From: Chiloscyllium plagiosum
Taxonomy: Eukaryota
Assembly (NCBI RefSeq): GCF_004010195.1
Contig: NC_057720.1
Span: 10,175,165-10,239,164 of the forward strand
Reading direction: 5' to 3'
DNA length: 64,000 bases
Shown here: piece after piece, positions 39,791 to 52,899 of the stretch
Numbering within the stretch: the first letter of the stretch is position 1
Layout: every line of letters starts with the position of its first letter
Position numbers and translations under genes: made by a program
The notes under the pieces: generated by a model
The model's input: only the letters and a program-made list of their open reading frames with translations
Database searches by the model: none
What the model was told of the DNA's origin: nothing

Positions 39791-40089
39791 CAGCAGGAAA
39801 GGCATCTGTTGCTGCTGTTGTTCTTAATAAAACTTTGATCCATCCCCCTGCAGGACCAGGAAGGAGATGCAGTGGAACAGGGAAATACAAGATCCTTGTG
39901 ACATGGGAAGGACAGCAAAGCGTGGAATTGTGTCACATCCAACAATGGAGAGAGAGAGACTGTCTGACTTTCACTCATTGCATTTTAGTTAATTTATTTG
40001 AAGCGTGTCCCTTTGCAGGCAGAGCTGGGTGAGTGCACACACTGACACAGAGGCACAAAAGCAGATTCACAGACACACACATACAGACT

Positions 40090-40280
40090 CTTTGTGGAGT
40101 TGCACATTCTTTCTGTGTCTGTGTGGGTTTCCTCCTCAGTACAAAGATGTGCAGGTTAGGTGAATTGGCCACAGGAAATGCAAAGTTCTAGGTTTAGGGT
40201 GTGGGTCTAGGTAGGAGGCTTTTCGAAGGTTGGTGTGGAGGTCATGGGCCAAATGGCCTGCTTTCACTCTGTGGGGATTC
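40090..40280 (+). mobile_element. HE1-type SINE fragment
   Basis: gatgtgcaggttaggtgaattggcca core. Confidence 0.7.
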
Positions 40281-40634
40281 TAAAACTTATACAGACACTC
40301 AGCCAGCATTCTGTCCCCCATTGAAAGCAGAGTTGGTCAAATGTACACAGACACACTCAAACTTCCTTCTAGGACAAAGTGTGTTCTAGTGCAGACAGGG
40401 GGTCACACAAACACATACTGACATACAGATATTCACGTCCATATAGAGATACACACAGATCTCATGTACCTCAGCATTTCATCATGGTTGGTTTGTTTAA
40501 TGGACTCAAGTTCATGTGTTAAATAACGTGTTAATTTCTACAATAGATCTGTGTGTATCATTTATAAAACTGGTTGATTTATTTGTAGAATCCCAAATTA
40601 ATTAAAAGCAAAGTTGCTGACTTGTTCATTTCAG

Positions 40635-41315
40635 TCCCATTTGCATCTTGTGTTGATCTATGAGAAAATCCTGTGTTCCCTAGTGGAATAAATTTGTGTC
40701 AATTGGGTGCAAAAGCCTGTGGTCCATTGTGCAAATGAACATGTGGTATGGTTGCAGCTGGTTTGAAACTGCAGCTTTGTCCTTGTGTGGATTTTAAGTC
40801 TGGGGTTAATGTGTAAGGTGAGGAGATGGGGGAGGAGAGGAACAGACAGAGGAAATCTAAACTATTGAGCTGCTGCTATCTCTCACACCTCCTTCTCCCC
40901 TCTAGTTTCATGAAGATGTTTCTTGCAGTTCTACGTGACCTGGGGGAGTTCTACTCCAAGTAGAGGTTACTGACTGGATGAGCTAAAATTTGGATAGAAT
41001 CTGGGTGGGCTTTGATAGACAGACCTGTCAGTATTTATTGTAGGCCCTGGCACCATTGTTCATTTTGCCATGGGAATGGCGTAGGAGGTGTGTGTGTGTA
41101 CACGTACTGTTGGAGACTCAACACCAGTCTTGATCGATTAACTAATCATCTCAATTGATACAGATTCCAGGAGTAGAATCTATCCCTCATGAGAGAGAGG
41201 GAATGTGAGAAACCATTGAAAGAGCTGTGACCACTGGAATGGTGAGCATCCGCTCCTCAGTCTCTGTCTTTTCTTAACTCCTGGGTGTCTCTGATTTTTT
41301 TTGCCTCTCTCACAG
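40635..41315 (+). pseudogene. Decayed exon cluster of an unidentified gene (3 exon-like blocks, 3 short introns)
   Basis: Acceptor/donor pairs define blocks 40635-40817, 40906-41087, 41164-41241; all frames have stops. Confidence 0.35.
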
Positions 41316-42420
41316 GGTGGTTAAGGCATATAGCACACTTGCATTCAATGATTAATTATCTAACTATAGGTATTGGGACGTTATTTTGAGGTTATATACT
41401 ATGTTGGTGAGGACTCTCCCAGAGTACCATTTCCAGTTCTAGTAGCCCTCTTAAAGGAAGGATATTATTAAGTTAGAGTGGGGTCAGAAGAGATTTCCCA
41501 GGATGTTGCTGTGAATGGAGGGTTTGAATTATAAGAGTTTGTATATATCTATATTTTCTTTACTGGAATGGAGGAGGTTGTGAGGTGGCTTTATAGAGAT
41601 TTATAAAATCATGAAGGATACAGATAGAGTTAATAGTCAGTGTCTTCCCCGAGGAAGGAGGGTTTCAAGTCTGGAGGTGTATTTTTAAGGTGAGAGGAGA
41701 GCAATTTAAAAAAAAAAGACATGGGGCAAATTTTATGACCCGTATTGCCCCCTCCCCCCAGGTTTTTCAGGCCTCCACAAACAATGCACCTCCCCAAATT
41801 TTACACCTTCCCATTATACAGCTCCCTCAATTTTGTGCCCCCATAATTTGAAGCCCACCCCAAATATCTGCAGGACCTTTAGGTCCCTTATTTATACAGT
41901 CATAGAGATGTATGGCATGGAAACAGACCCTTCGGTCCAATTCATCCATTTTGACCAGATATCCTAACCTAATCTAGTCCCATTTCCCAGCACTTCTAAC
42001 TGCGACTCCACTTTCAAGAAACTATGAAACGACACTCCAAGGTCTCTTTGTTCATCAACATTCCCCAGGACCTTACCATTAAGTGTATAAGTCCTGCCCT
42101 GATTCGCCTTTCCAGAATGTAGCACATCACATTTGTCTAAATTAAACTCCATCTGCCATTCCTTGGCCAATTGGCCCATCTGATCAAGATCCCATTGTAC
42201 TTTGAGGTAACCATCTCCACTGTCCACTACACCTCTAATTTTGATATCATTTGTAAACCTACTTCCTATGGTCAAATCCAAATCATTTATATAAATGACA
42301 AAATCAGTCGAACCAGTACCATTCCTTGTGGCACTCCACTGGCCACAGGCTACAGTCTGAAAGACAACCCTCCACTACCACCCTCTGTCTTCTACCTTCA
42401 ATCCAGTTCTGTATTCTCAT
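41316..42420. mobile_element. CR1 fragments (plus 41316-41730; minus 41895-42420)
   Basis: CR1 3' and RT motifs. Confidence 0.8.
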
Positions 42421-42639
42421 GCCCCCAAATTTTGCAACCCTCCACATGTTCTCTCCGCAACCCCCCCACCTTCCTGCTCAGATTTGGCATTCAATCCCTT
42501 TCTCCAAGTCTTTCGCTTCCTCACAATATTATCACTGTCCCATATCTGTGCCCATTCACAATAAGTACACATTATTTTGTCTCTTTCCAATCACACCCCT
42601 AAATCTTATGCTTGTTAATGTTGACCCAATTTTTAAGCC

Positions 42640-42800
42640 ATGTCAAACCCATTGATTAAATTCCAATCTCGAAATCACACCCGAATATTTGTTATTCGAT
42701 ATAAAGCAATCCTGAACCTCTTGATTAGATTCTGATGTGTAACTCATTTATGATTCTGTTATTCTCTATATAAACCAAATTGAACGCCTGATTAGATTCC
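42640..42800. repeat. Degenerate ~65-bp tandem repeat (attagattcc..tgtaactca..ctatataaacc), left part
   Basis: The same unit continues at 45040-45325 on the other side of a CR1. Confidence 0.65.
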
Positions 42801-43988
42801 ATAAGGCCATAAGACATAGGAGTGGAAGTAAGGCTATTCGGCCCATTGAGTCCACTCCGCCATTTAATTATGGCTGATGGGCATTTCAACTCCACTTACC
42901 CGCATTCTCCCCCGTAGCCCTTAATTCCTTGTGACATCAAGAATTTATCAATTTCTGTCTTGAAGACATTTAGCGTCCCGGCCTCCACTGCACTCCACAG
43001 CAATGAAATCCACAGGCCCACCACTCTCTGGCTAAAGAAATGTCTCCGCATTTCTGTTCTGAACCCTGCAGGACACCACTTGTCACCAGCTGCCATTCTG
43101 AAAAAGAACCTCTTATCTCAACTCTCTGCCTTCTGTCAGACAGCCAATCCTCAATCCATGTCAGTAGCTCACCTTGAACACCATGGGCCCTCACCTTACT
43201 CAGCAGCCTCCCGTTGGCACCTTATCAAAGGCCTTTTGGAAGTATAGATAGACCACATCCACTGGGTTTCCCTGGTCTAACCTACTTGTCACCTCTTCAA
43301 AGAATGCTAACTGGTTTGCCAGGCATGACCTCCCCTCACTAAGTCCATGTTGACTTGTTCTAATCCGACCCTGCTCTTCCAAGAATTTAGAAACCTCATC
43401 CATAACGATGGATTCTAGAATTTTACCAACAACCGAGGTTAGGCTAATTGGCCTATAATTTTCCATCTTTTGTCTTGATCCTTTCTTGAACAATAAGGTT
43501 AAAACAGCGGTCTTCCAATCATCCGGGACTTTCCCTGACTCCAGTGACTTTTGAAAGATCACAACCAACGTCTCCACTATTTCCTCAGTCACCTCCCTCA
43601 GAACTCTAGGATGTAGTCCATCGGGGACAGGAGATTTGTCAATTTTAAGACCTTTTAGCTTTTCTAGCACTATCTCTTTTGTAATGGCAACCATACTCAA
43701 CTCAACCCCGTGACTCCCTTTAATTGTTGGGATATTACTCATGTGTCCCACTGTGAAGACTGACACAAAGTACTTATTAATTCTCCAGCTATTTCCTTAT
43801 CTCCCATCACTAGCCTTCCAGCATCAGTTTGAAGTGGCCCAATGTCTTTTATAAAGTCTGGTTCATTACATAGCACTAGGTCCAAAATAGCCTGCTCCCT
43901 TATGGGCTCCATGACAAGCTGTTCCAAAAAGCCATCCTGTAAGCATTCCAAGAATTCCCTTTCTTTGGATCCACTGGCAACATTATTT

Positions 43989-44162
43989 GGGATTAGTGGT
44001 GCTGGAAGAGCACAGCAATTCAGGCAGCATCCGAGGACAGGCAAAATCGACGTTTCGGGCAAAAGCCCTTCATCAGGAATAAAGCGGCAAAATCGACGTT
44101 TCGGGCAAAAGCCCTTCATCAGGAATAAAGGGCAAAATCGACGTTTCGGGCAAAAGCCCTTC
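43989..44162 (-). mobile_element. Mini-PLE insertion made of tandem hammerhead units
   Basis: TSD GCAACATTATTT at 43977-43988 and 44163-44174; ~45-bp unit x2.7. Confidence 0.88.
44040..44162 (-). ncRNA. Tandem minimal hammerhead ribozyme motifs (two complete cores, one partial)
   Basis: CTGATGA-A-GGGC-TTTT-GCCC-GAAACGTC repeated head-to-tail. Confidence 0.7.
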
Positions 44163-45039
44163 GCAACATTATTTACCCAGTCCACCTGCATATTGAAGTC
44201 CCCCATGATCACCGTGACCTTGCCTTTCTGACATGCCTTTTCTATTTGCCGGTACATGTTGTGCCTCTGGTCCTGACCATTGTTAGGAGGTCTGTACATA
44301 ACTCCCATTATGGTTTTTTTGCCTTAGTGGTTCCTCAATTCCACCCACACAGACTCCACATCATCCGACCCTATCATCCGTCATTCAGTGCCATAGATTT
44401 AATTTTGTTCTTAACTAACACGGCCACCCTGCCCCCTCTGCCCACCTCCCTGTCTTTTCGATAAGTTGTAAATCCTTGGATGTTTAACTGCCAGTCCTGA
44501 ACCCCCTGCAACCATGTCTCTGTGATGCCTACCACATCATAATCATTCACGATGATCTGTGCCGTTAGTTCATCTCCTTTGTTATGAATGCTACGAGCCC
44601 GCTGCCCGCTACCGGTAAGTAATTTTAATAAAAACTGCCTTACCTTGTCTGCAGTCTTCCGACTTCGTCCTACCTCCGCTGCTGCTCGCACTTAAAATGG
44701 CCGTTGGTGTCGAAGGGTGAGTATTTATACTCACTGCTTACCTTCCCGGCTGCCCCTCTGGTCCTCCTCATTTCCTCCGCTGCTCCCGCTCCTTCTGTGA
44801 AAGAGAAAAACACCACTGCCCGCTACCGGTAAGTAATTTTAATAAAAACTGCCTTACCTTATCTGCAGGAGAAAGTGAGGATTGCAGATGCTGGTGATCA
44901 GAGCTTAAAAATATGTTGCTGGAAAAGCGCAGCAGGTCAGGCAGCATCCAAGGAGAAGGAGAATCGACGTTTCGGGCATAAGCCCTTACCTTATCTGCAG
45001 TCTTTCGAGTTCGTCCTACCCTCCACTGCTGCTTGCACT

Positions 45040-45325
45040 TCCAATCTGTACATCACTCCCATGTGTGCTATTTTAAATATAAACCATCCCGAATCCCTCT
45101 ATTATATCCAAACTGTAACTCATTCCCTGGAACCTGTTACTCTGTATATAAATTACCCCAATCCCTCGATTAGATTTCAGACTGTCACTTAATCCCCCGT
45201 ATGTTATGCTCTATATAAAATGTCTGATCGCCTCAATTAGATTCCAGTTTGTAACTTATTCCTTGTTGTGTTATGCTATATATAAACTGAGTACCCATCA
45301 ATGACATTCCAGTCTCTAACTTAGT
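45040..45325. repeat. Degenerate ~65-bp tandem repeat, right part
   Basis: About four imperfect units. Confidence 0.65.
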
Positions 45326-45654
45326 AAAAACTGGTTGAACATTACACTGGGAGCAAGAAAAGAGAACACTGCAGTTCAGTACATTCTTAGTTTTGTGAAG
45401 TGCAGTGGTTCAATAAGACAGCTCACTAACACTAATTTCATGGAGATGACTCTTGCAGTACTGATATGAATAGGGGATAAATGCTGGCCCAGTCAGTGAT
45501 GCTGTCATCCTGTGAACAAAATGAAAAAAATCCTTTTGTCTTCCTAATCACTTGCTGTATCTGCAGACAAACTCAAAGTGATTCACAAACCAGGTCCCCA
45601 AATCCTCCATTGGCTCAGAGTCGTGGAACATTTCCTCATTTAAATTAAAGATCC

Positions 45655-46062
45655 TGTTGGACTTGGGCTCAATCTACCAGCTTACTTTCCTCTATGTGTG
45701 AGCCGAGTCCTGTGTGTTCTTTCAATGAAGCAATAGGAGAAGATATTCGGTCTCACACTCTTAGTTTATTTTAGCAGTAAGTGGATAAAGCATACAGAGC
45801 TCTGGGTCTAGGACTTCCCGTCCCTGACAAACAGCAAAGTGTGTCAGTTCACGAAGTCTGATGTATTCCTGTCCCTCACCCAGTCTTTTATACAGTACAG
45901 AACGTCATGCAATCACTGAGGTGGGATTGTCTTCTGATTGGTTGTTGATCTGACTCCATTCTCCGCCTTCTCGCGTTCCCGGATATCTGACCCCACGTGA
46001 TCTCCTCTTGCCGTGAAACAGTCTCGCACATTCTGATCGGCGTTAACGGTTTTTCTATTACA
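45655..46062 (-). mobile_element. Solo LTR (third family)
   Basis: Minus strand TGTAATAG...CCAACA; perfect TSD ATCC (45651-45654, 46063-46066); CCAAT, TATAAAA and AATAAA in the correct order. Confidence 0.8.
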
Positions 46063-46629
46063 ATCCTTTATTGATTATTCCTGACAAACATCACACTCTC
46101 CACTTTACTCCAAATCTGACAATGTTTTACCCACCGCTGACTATTTCTACGTCTCTCAATGTGCATACCTCTTACACCTTCTTCACCATTCACCTTCTAA
46201 ACTAGTTAGACCAAGAGAATGTTCAATGTTTAAATCAAAGACTGATCTGAATTGATGCCTATTGGAAGTACAAGTATCTTTCTGACACATTCTGTCTCTT
46301 GTTCAGTGTGTGTGTCAGTATCTGTTGCTTTCCCTTTTCACGGAATATCTGTCAATTACCAGATCCAACCCTTAGCTTGTTTTCAGTTGGCTCATGGTGA
46401 CCATGTCCCCTGTACGATCGCAGCATGACTTCCCCGCCTCCCTCATCCCATCTCCAGTCATAACTAGCAACACATCAGTTGTCCTCCTAATGTTTGGTGA
46501 TGGTGTTACATGAGCTTGCTGTGATTTGTGTACAAGGATCTGGACAATAATATCTCAAACATAAGTTAATTCCTTGTGAAGAGCTTTTCCTCTCTTCTGA
46601 CTCCTCCATCCTCGCCTCTAACAACAGTG

Positions 46630-47270
46630 AGGAACTCTGATCTCTTAACAGATGTGACAAGGAAAGTGGAGAAAGAAGATTGGATGTTGGAGATGTGGAT
46701 TTCCAATCAGCGTTCAATAAGGTGCCAGCCAAAAGGTTTCTGTGTAAGGTAAGAACTCACAGTGTTAGTGGTTAGCATGGCAGAGGTTTCTCTCACTAAC
46801 TGCGGTCTATTGTTTCGACAAATGGTTAGTTTTCAGGTTGGCAATCTTTAAATTGTAAGACACACAGATCAATGCTGGAACTTCAACTATTTGCAATCTA
46901 TACCATTGATTTGGATGAAGGAGTCAACTGTATTGTAAGTAAACCTGCTGAGCAAGATGTGAGGACATTAGATTGAACCTGCAAAGCAAGAAAAGTTTTG
47001 CGAAAAACAAACTGTGACAGTTCAAGCCTAACTTTAGGCAAATGTGTGGATGTCCACTAAGGCAGGAAGTATAGAAGAGCAGAATGGAGAAGGCAGCAGA
47101 AGGCTGCATAGCAGAGGGACCTGGGTGTCCTTGGATCACATACAGTAGAGTGCAGTTACAGCAAGTTATCAGGAAGGCAATTGGATTGTTAGCACTGATT
47201 TACAAGTCTCATTGTGATTGTATAAGGCATTGGTGGTCATGACATCAAGTACTGTGGACAGTTTTGGAAA
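46630..47270 (+). mobile_element. Old CR1 RT fragment
   Basis: DV.DVDFQSAFNKVP-like sequence. Confidence 0.6.
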
Positions 47271-47669
47271 TAAAATTCATATCTCTGTGAAAAAATAGGA
47301 AGATATGGAACTATTTGGACACTCTCTGGAATATAAATGGTTTTTACAGTTATTTATTTGGAAAATGAGGTCAAATTTAATGTCTGCTGTGGCTTACCTG
47401 TTAAATACAGAAAGTCAAATGACTTAGAAGAACAAAAGACAAGAATTTTTTCGGTGGATGGGATTCATGGAAATTCCAGAAAAACATGGCTTTTCAAAAC
47501 TAGGGAATTTGGATTACTGATGGTATTCCGAGTAATACTTTCTAGTCTTGATCTATATTTTCACCAACCTGGATGGTCAGTCAGGGAGGAAAAATCGGAA
47601 GCTGCAAGTCTCTCTGGAGAAGTTATTGTTACCCTGAGAACGTTTTTAAATTTTTAAATTTTTTTACAT

Positions 47670-50600
47670 TACAGCCCAGTACTAGCCCTTCAGTGCACGA
47701 TGCTGCACCGACCTTTGAAAGTAATCTGATGCCCATCTAACCTACACGGTTCCATTATTATCCATATGTATATCCAATGCCCATTCAAATGCTCTCAACA
47801 TCAGCGAGTCTACTACTATTGTAAGCAGGCCATTCCATGTCCCTACTACTCTCTGAGTGAAGAAACTACCACTAACATCTGTCCTATATCTATCATCACT
47901 CCATTTAAAGTTATGTCCCCTCATGTTGGCCTTCACCATTCGAGGAAAAAGGCTGTCACTGACTGAACAAGGCCTATCTAACCCTCTGATCATCTTATAC
48001 ATCTCAATTAATTCACCTCACAATCTTCTTCTCTTCAAATGAAAACAACCTCAGTTCCCTCAGTCTTTCCTAGTAAGACCTTCCTTCAATACCTGGCAAC
48101 ATCCCAGTAAATCTCCTCCAAAGCTTCCACATCCTTCCTATAATGCAGTGACCAGAACTGTATGCAATACTCCAGCTACGGTCTTATCAGTGTCTTGTAC
48201 AGCTGAAGCATGACCTCATGGCTCTGAAACTCAATCCCCCTACCAATAAACGCCACACACCAAATGCCTTCTTAACAACCCTATCATCCTGGGTGGGAAC
48301 TTTCAGGGATTTATGCATCAGGACACCGAGATGTCTCTGTTCATCTATACTGCCAAGAGGTTTACCATTAGCCCAGTACTCTGCTTTCCTGTTACTTCCT
48401 CTGAAATGAACTATCTCACACTTGCCTGCATTAAACCCAATTCACAACTTCTCAGCACAACTTCTCCTGCATCTTATCTATGTCTCTTTGCAACCCACAA
48501 CATCCTTCGGCACTACCCACAATTCTGCTGACCTTAGTGGCATCCACAAATTTATTAACCTAACCTTCTTTCCCCCCTTCCTATAACTGCCATCCATCAC
48601 ATACTGTTGCTGTTGCAAATTTCTCATTGCTTCTAACTGTCTCTCCAACCTATCCATTCGATCAGATAAGATTCGCAGCCAACAGCATTTATGGCAGATA
48701 TAATCCACAGTAACCCTTAAATTCTCTTTAAACTCCCACATCTGACAAGAATGTTGTGTGTGGGAAATCATGTCTCACAAACTTGACTGAGTTTTTTGAG
48801 GAAGTAACTAACAGGATTGATGAGGGCAGAGCAGTAGATGTGATCTATATAGACTTCAGTAAGGCATTCGACAAGGTTCCCCATGGGAGACTGATTAGCA
48901 AGGTTAGATCTCATGGAATACAGGGAGAACTTGCCATTTGGATACAGAACTGGCTCAAAGGTAAAAGACAGAGGGTGATGGTGGAGGGTTGTTTTTCAGA
49001 CTAGAGGCCTGTGACCAGTGGAGTGCCACAAGGATCGGTGCTGGGTCCCCTACTTTTTGTCATTTACATAAATGACTTAGATGCAAGCATAAGAGGTACA
49101 GTAAGTATGTTTGCAGATGACACCAAAATTGGAGGTGTAGTGGACAGCGATGGGGCTGTTTTCCCTGGAGCGTCGGAGGCTGAGGTGACCTTACAGAGGT
49201 TTAAAAAATTATGAGGGACATGGATAGGGTAAATAGACAAGGTCTTTTCCCTGGGGTCGGGGAGTCCAGCACTAGAGGGTATAGGTTTAATGTGAGAGGG
49301 GAAAGATATAAAAGAGACCTACGGGGCAACTGTTTCACACAGATAGTGGTATGTATATGGAATGAGCTGTTAGAGGAAGTGGTGGAGGCTGGTACAATTG
49401 CAACATTTAAGAGGCATTTGGATAGGTTTATGAATAGGACGGGTTTGGAGGGATATGGGCTGGGTGCTGGCAGGTGGGACTAGATTGGGTTGGGATATCT
49501 GGTCGGCATGGATGGGTTGGACCAAAGGGTATGTTTTCATACTGTACATCTCTATGACTCTACGCCCGCATCCAGATCATTTATAAAAATGACAAACAGC
49601 AGTGGCCCCAAAACAGTTCCTTGCAGTACCATTGCTAACCGAACTCCAGGATGAACATTTCCCATCAACCATCACCCTCTGTCTTCTTTCTGCTCGCCAA
49701 TTTCTGATCAAAACCGCTAAATCACCTTCAATCCCGAAACTCCATATTTTATGCAACAGCCTACCATGTGGAATCTTATCAAGCATGGAAATGTGTTGCT
49801 GGAAAAGCGCAGCAGGTCAGGCAGCATCTAGGGAACAGGAGAATCGACGTTTCGGGCATTAGCCCTTCTTCAGGCCTTCTTCAGGCTAATGCCCGAAACG
49901 TCGATTCTCCTGTTCCCTAGATGCTGCCTGACCTGCTGCGCTTTTCCAGCAACACATTTCCATCTCTGATCTCCAGCATCTGCAGACCTCACTTTCTCCT
50001 CAATCTTATCAAGCACCTTACTGAAGTCCATATACATCACATCAACCACTTTACCTTTATCCACTAATTTTGTCACCTTCAAGAAGAAGTCCATAAGGTT
50101 AGTGAAGCACAACGTACCCTTCATAAAACTGTGTTGACTATCCCTAATTAAATTATTCATTTCCAGATGATTATAAATCCTATCTCTTATAACCATTTCC
50201 AACACCTCCCCCACAACCGAACTAAGGTTCACTGGCCTATAATTACCAGGTTTGTCCCAACTCTCCTCCTTAAACAAGGGAACAACATTTGTTATTCTGG
50301 TGCTAATCCTGTCGACAATGATGACATAAAGGTCGAAGTCAAAGGCTCTGCAATCTCCTCCCTAGCTACCCAGAGAATCCGAGGATAAATCCCATCCAGC
50401 CCAGGATGTATCTATTTTCAGATCTTCCAAAATTGCTAAGACCTCCTCTTTGTCAAACTCAATCCCATCTAATCTTGTAGCCTGGATCTCCGTATTTGCA
50501 CTAACATCACCCTTTTCCAATGTGAACACTGATGAAAAGTATTCATTAAGTGTTTCTCCTATGTCCTCAGATTCCATACACAACTTTCCACTACTATACT

Positions 50601-51445
50601 ATTGGCTCTAATCTTACTCTAGTCATTCTTTTATTCCTGATATACCGATAGAAGGCCTTAGGGTTTTCCTTGATCCTATCTGCCAACACCTTCTCATGTC
50701 CCCTCCTGGCTCTTCTTAGCTCTATCTTTAGATCTTTTCTGGCTAACCTATTTCAAGTGTGTCCATCGCCTGCAGTTTCCTTCCCCATCCTGTGCATCCT
50801 AAATCTTGCCTCATCGCATCATAATTGCCTTTCCCCCAGTTATACCTCTTTCCCTGTGTTATGTACTTATCCTTGCCCATTGCTATTGTAAACATGACTG
50901 AATTATGGTCACTCTACCTCCAAATCTAACACCTGGCTGGGTTCATTCCCCAGTACCAAATCCAATATGATATCGCCCCTTGTTGGCCTGTCTACATATT
51001 GTGTCAGAAACCCTCCTACACACATTGAACAACAACTGACCCATCTTAACTTCTTGAACTATAGTATTCCTAGACAATATTGGGTAAGTTAAAGTCCCCA
51101 AAACAACTGCCCAGTTACTCTCACTCCTGTCGAGGATTATCTTTGCTTTCCATTCCTTTACATCCCTGGAACAATTCAGAGGCCTTTACAAAACTCTCAG
51201 CTGGGTGACCTCTCCTTTCCTGTTTCTAACCTCAGCCTAAACTACCTCAGTGGATGAGTCCTCAAATGTTCTCTCAGCTGCTGAAATACTATCCTTGATT
51301 AACAATGCCATACCCTCCCCCCTCTTTTACCATCATCTCTGTTCTTGCTGAAACATCTAAATTCCCGAATCTGCAACAACCATTCCTGTCCCTCCTTTAG
51401 CCATGTCTCTGAAATGACCACAACATCGAAATCCCAGGTACCAAG
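47670..51445. mobile_element. CR1 cluster (minus 47670-48560; ORF1 piece minus 48560-48752; plus 48755-49560; minus 49570-51445)
   Basis: RT, EN and ORF1 (CQMWE..DYICHKC..L..L.DR...LE) motifs. Confidence 0.88.
49786..50001. mobile_element. Palindromic mini-PLE with perfect ~80-bp arms and a hammerhead motif
   Basis: TSD AATCTTATCAAGCA at 49772-49785 and 50002-50015; minus-strand CTGAAGA-A-GGGC-TAAT-GCCC-GAAACGTC. Confidence 0.9.
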
Positions 51446-52019
51446 CTTCCAAATACAAGTATTTCTGACTGACTACCTTATAATCTCTGAAAAGCCAAAC
51501 TATAACCATTTCCAAAATACTTGCTCCAGCTTGACTTCAATCCAAACTGAATATCTTCCAACCTATGGCCTGTCAGCAATTTAATTTCATTGACAAGAAG
51601 TAGGCCATGAAGATTCATGAAATTCTATCTTTTCTTTTCAGAGCCTTGGCTTTTTTTTAATAGTAATCTCTGCAGTGTCCTTTGTGTTGTGTGACTGCAT
51701 CAGAGGGAATACAGTCCTTACTGCAGATTATAGTTCAGATGTTAATCAGAGATTGATACTAGTCTTAAGGGTCAGTTTTGCTTTATAACACATGGATTAT
51801 TTGGAAATTTTGCTGAAAACAGATCTGGTGGAAGCCTCCTTCATTCTGTGTAGTACATAGGAACTAATTGGCTGTTTTGGTGAACAAATCAATGCATCTC
51901 CACAGGTAGTGTCACTGATGGTGTCATGAGGCTGTACTGTAATTGATTCCCAGCACATTTGTCTTGTTGCGGTCTGAATTAGTTCTAATCTCATTCCATA
52001 AGGAGGGCTATACTTGCAT

Positions 52020-52430
52020 TGGGAACCATTCAAAGGAGGTTCAGAAAGCCATTGCCCAGCATGAAAGATTTGTGTATGTACCCATTGGAGTTTAGGAAAA
52101 TGAGTGTCGGTCCCAGAAAAACATATAATATTCTGATGGGACCTGACAAGTTAGCTACTGATAGGATTGTATCTCTTGGTGGGCATGGGGGAAGGAATCT
52201 ATAACAGGGAAACTCTGTTTAAGAATTGAGTCTTAGGTTTATGACAGAGATGAGACATTTCTTATCTCAAAGAGTTGTGTAAGTTTGGTAAGAGAGCCAT
52301 GCAGGCTGGGTTATTGAAAATATTAAAGTCTGAAGAATACATTTTTCATCAAAAAGGGATAGACAGTGAGGCCAGTCATAATTTTATTGGATGGTGGAGC
52401 ACAGTCAATGGGCCAAATGGTCGAATCCTG
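52020..52430 (+). mobile_element. Old CR1 3' fragment
   Basis: IQRRF...LEFRKM pattern. Confidence 0.6.
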
Positions 52431-52899
52431 ACTGGTCAATTGTTAACTTTCTGTGATCTGCAGCTTTTATTTCTTAATAACAAGCAATAACCACCTTTTG
52501 TATTATCTGAAAATTTCTTATGCCTCTATCTCTCACCTGCATCAAGCATATCATTCAGGAATGCAGGAAAAGGGAATGGAAAGAGAAGCTGAAATGTGGA
52601 GGTGAAGTCAATGAAAAGTGGAAGATAAGCTGAAGACAGGGTGGTGGGGGGAAGAAGAGAAAAAGCATGAGAGGACAGGCAGAAGAAACAAGAGTTGGGC
52701 AGTAAAATGGATGGATAATAGTATATCAAGGAGAAAGAAATGTTGGTAATGGGTTGGCTGTGCTGAAAACAGCCCAAGCCACGACAGGGTGTGAGCTATG
52801 ATGGTCCATCAGGCATAGGAGCAGAAATAGGCCATTCAGCCTATCAAGGCTTCCACCATCAAAGGAGATTATGGCTGATTGGATAATTAGAAGTATTAG

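Larger units (their letters stand above)
42800..45040 (-). mobile_element. Multiply deleted CR1 LINE retaining 5' UTR, APE endonuclease, RT part and 3' tail
   Basis: ARSIHNKGDEL..YDVVGITETWL; GVMYRPPN; IMGDFN; KSP.PDGLHPRVL; QKAFDKVP. Confidence 0.9.

Noticed and set aside
44040..44162. CRISPR-like palindromic repeats
   Set aside because: No spacers and a eukaryotic context; these are PLE hammerhead units.
47337..47657. 106-aa ORF in unique sequence
   Set aside because: No recognisable domain or supporting gene structure.
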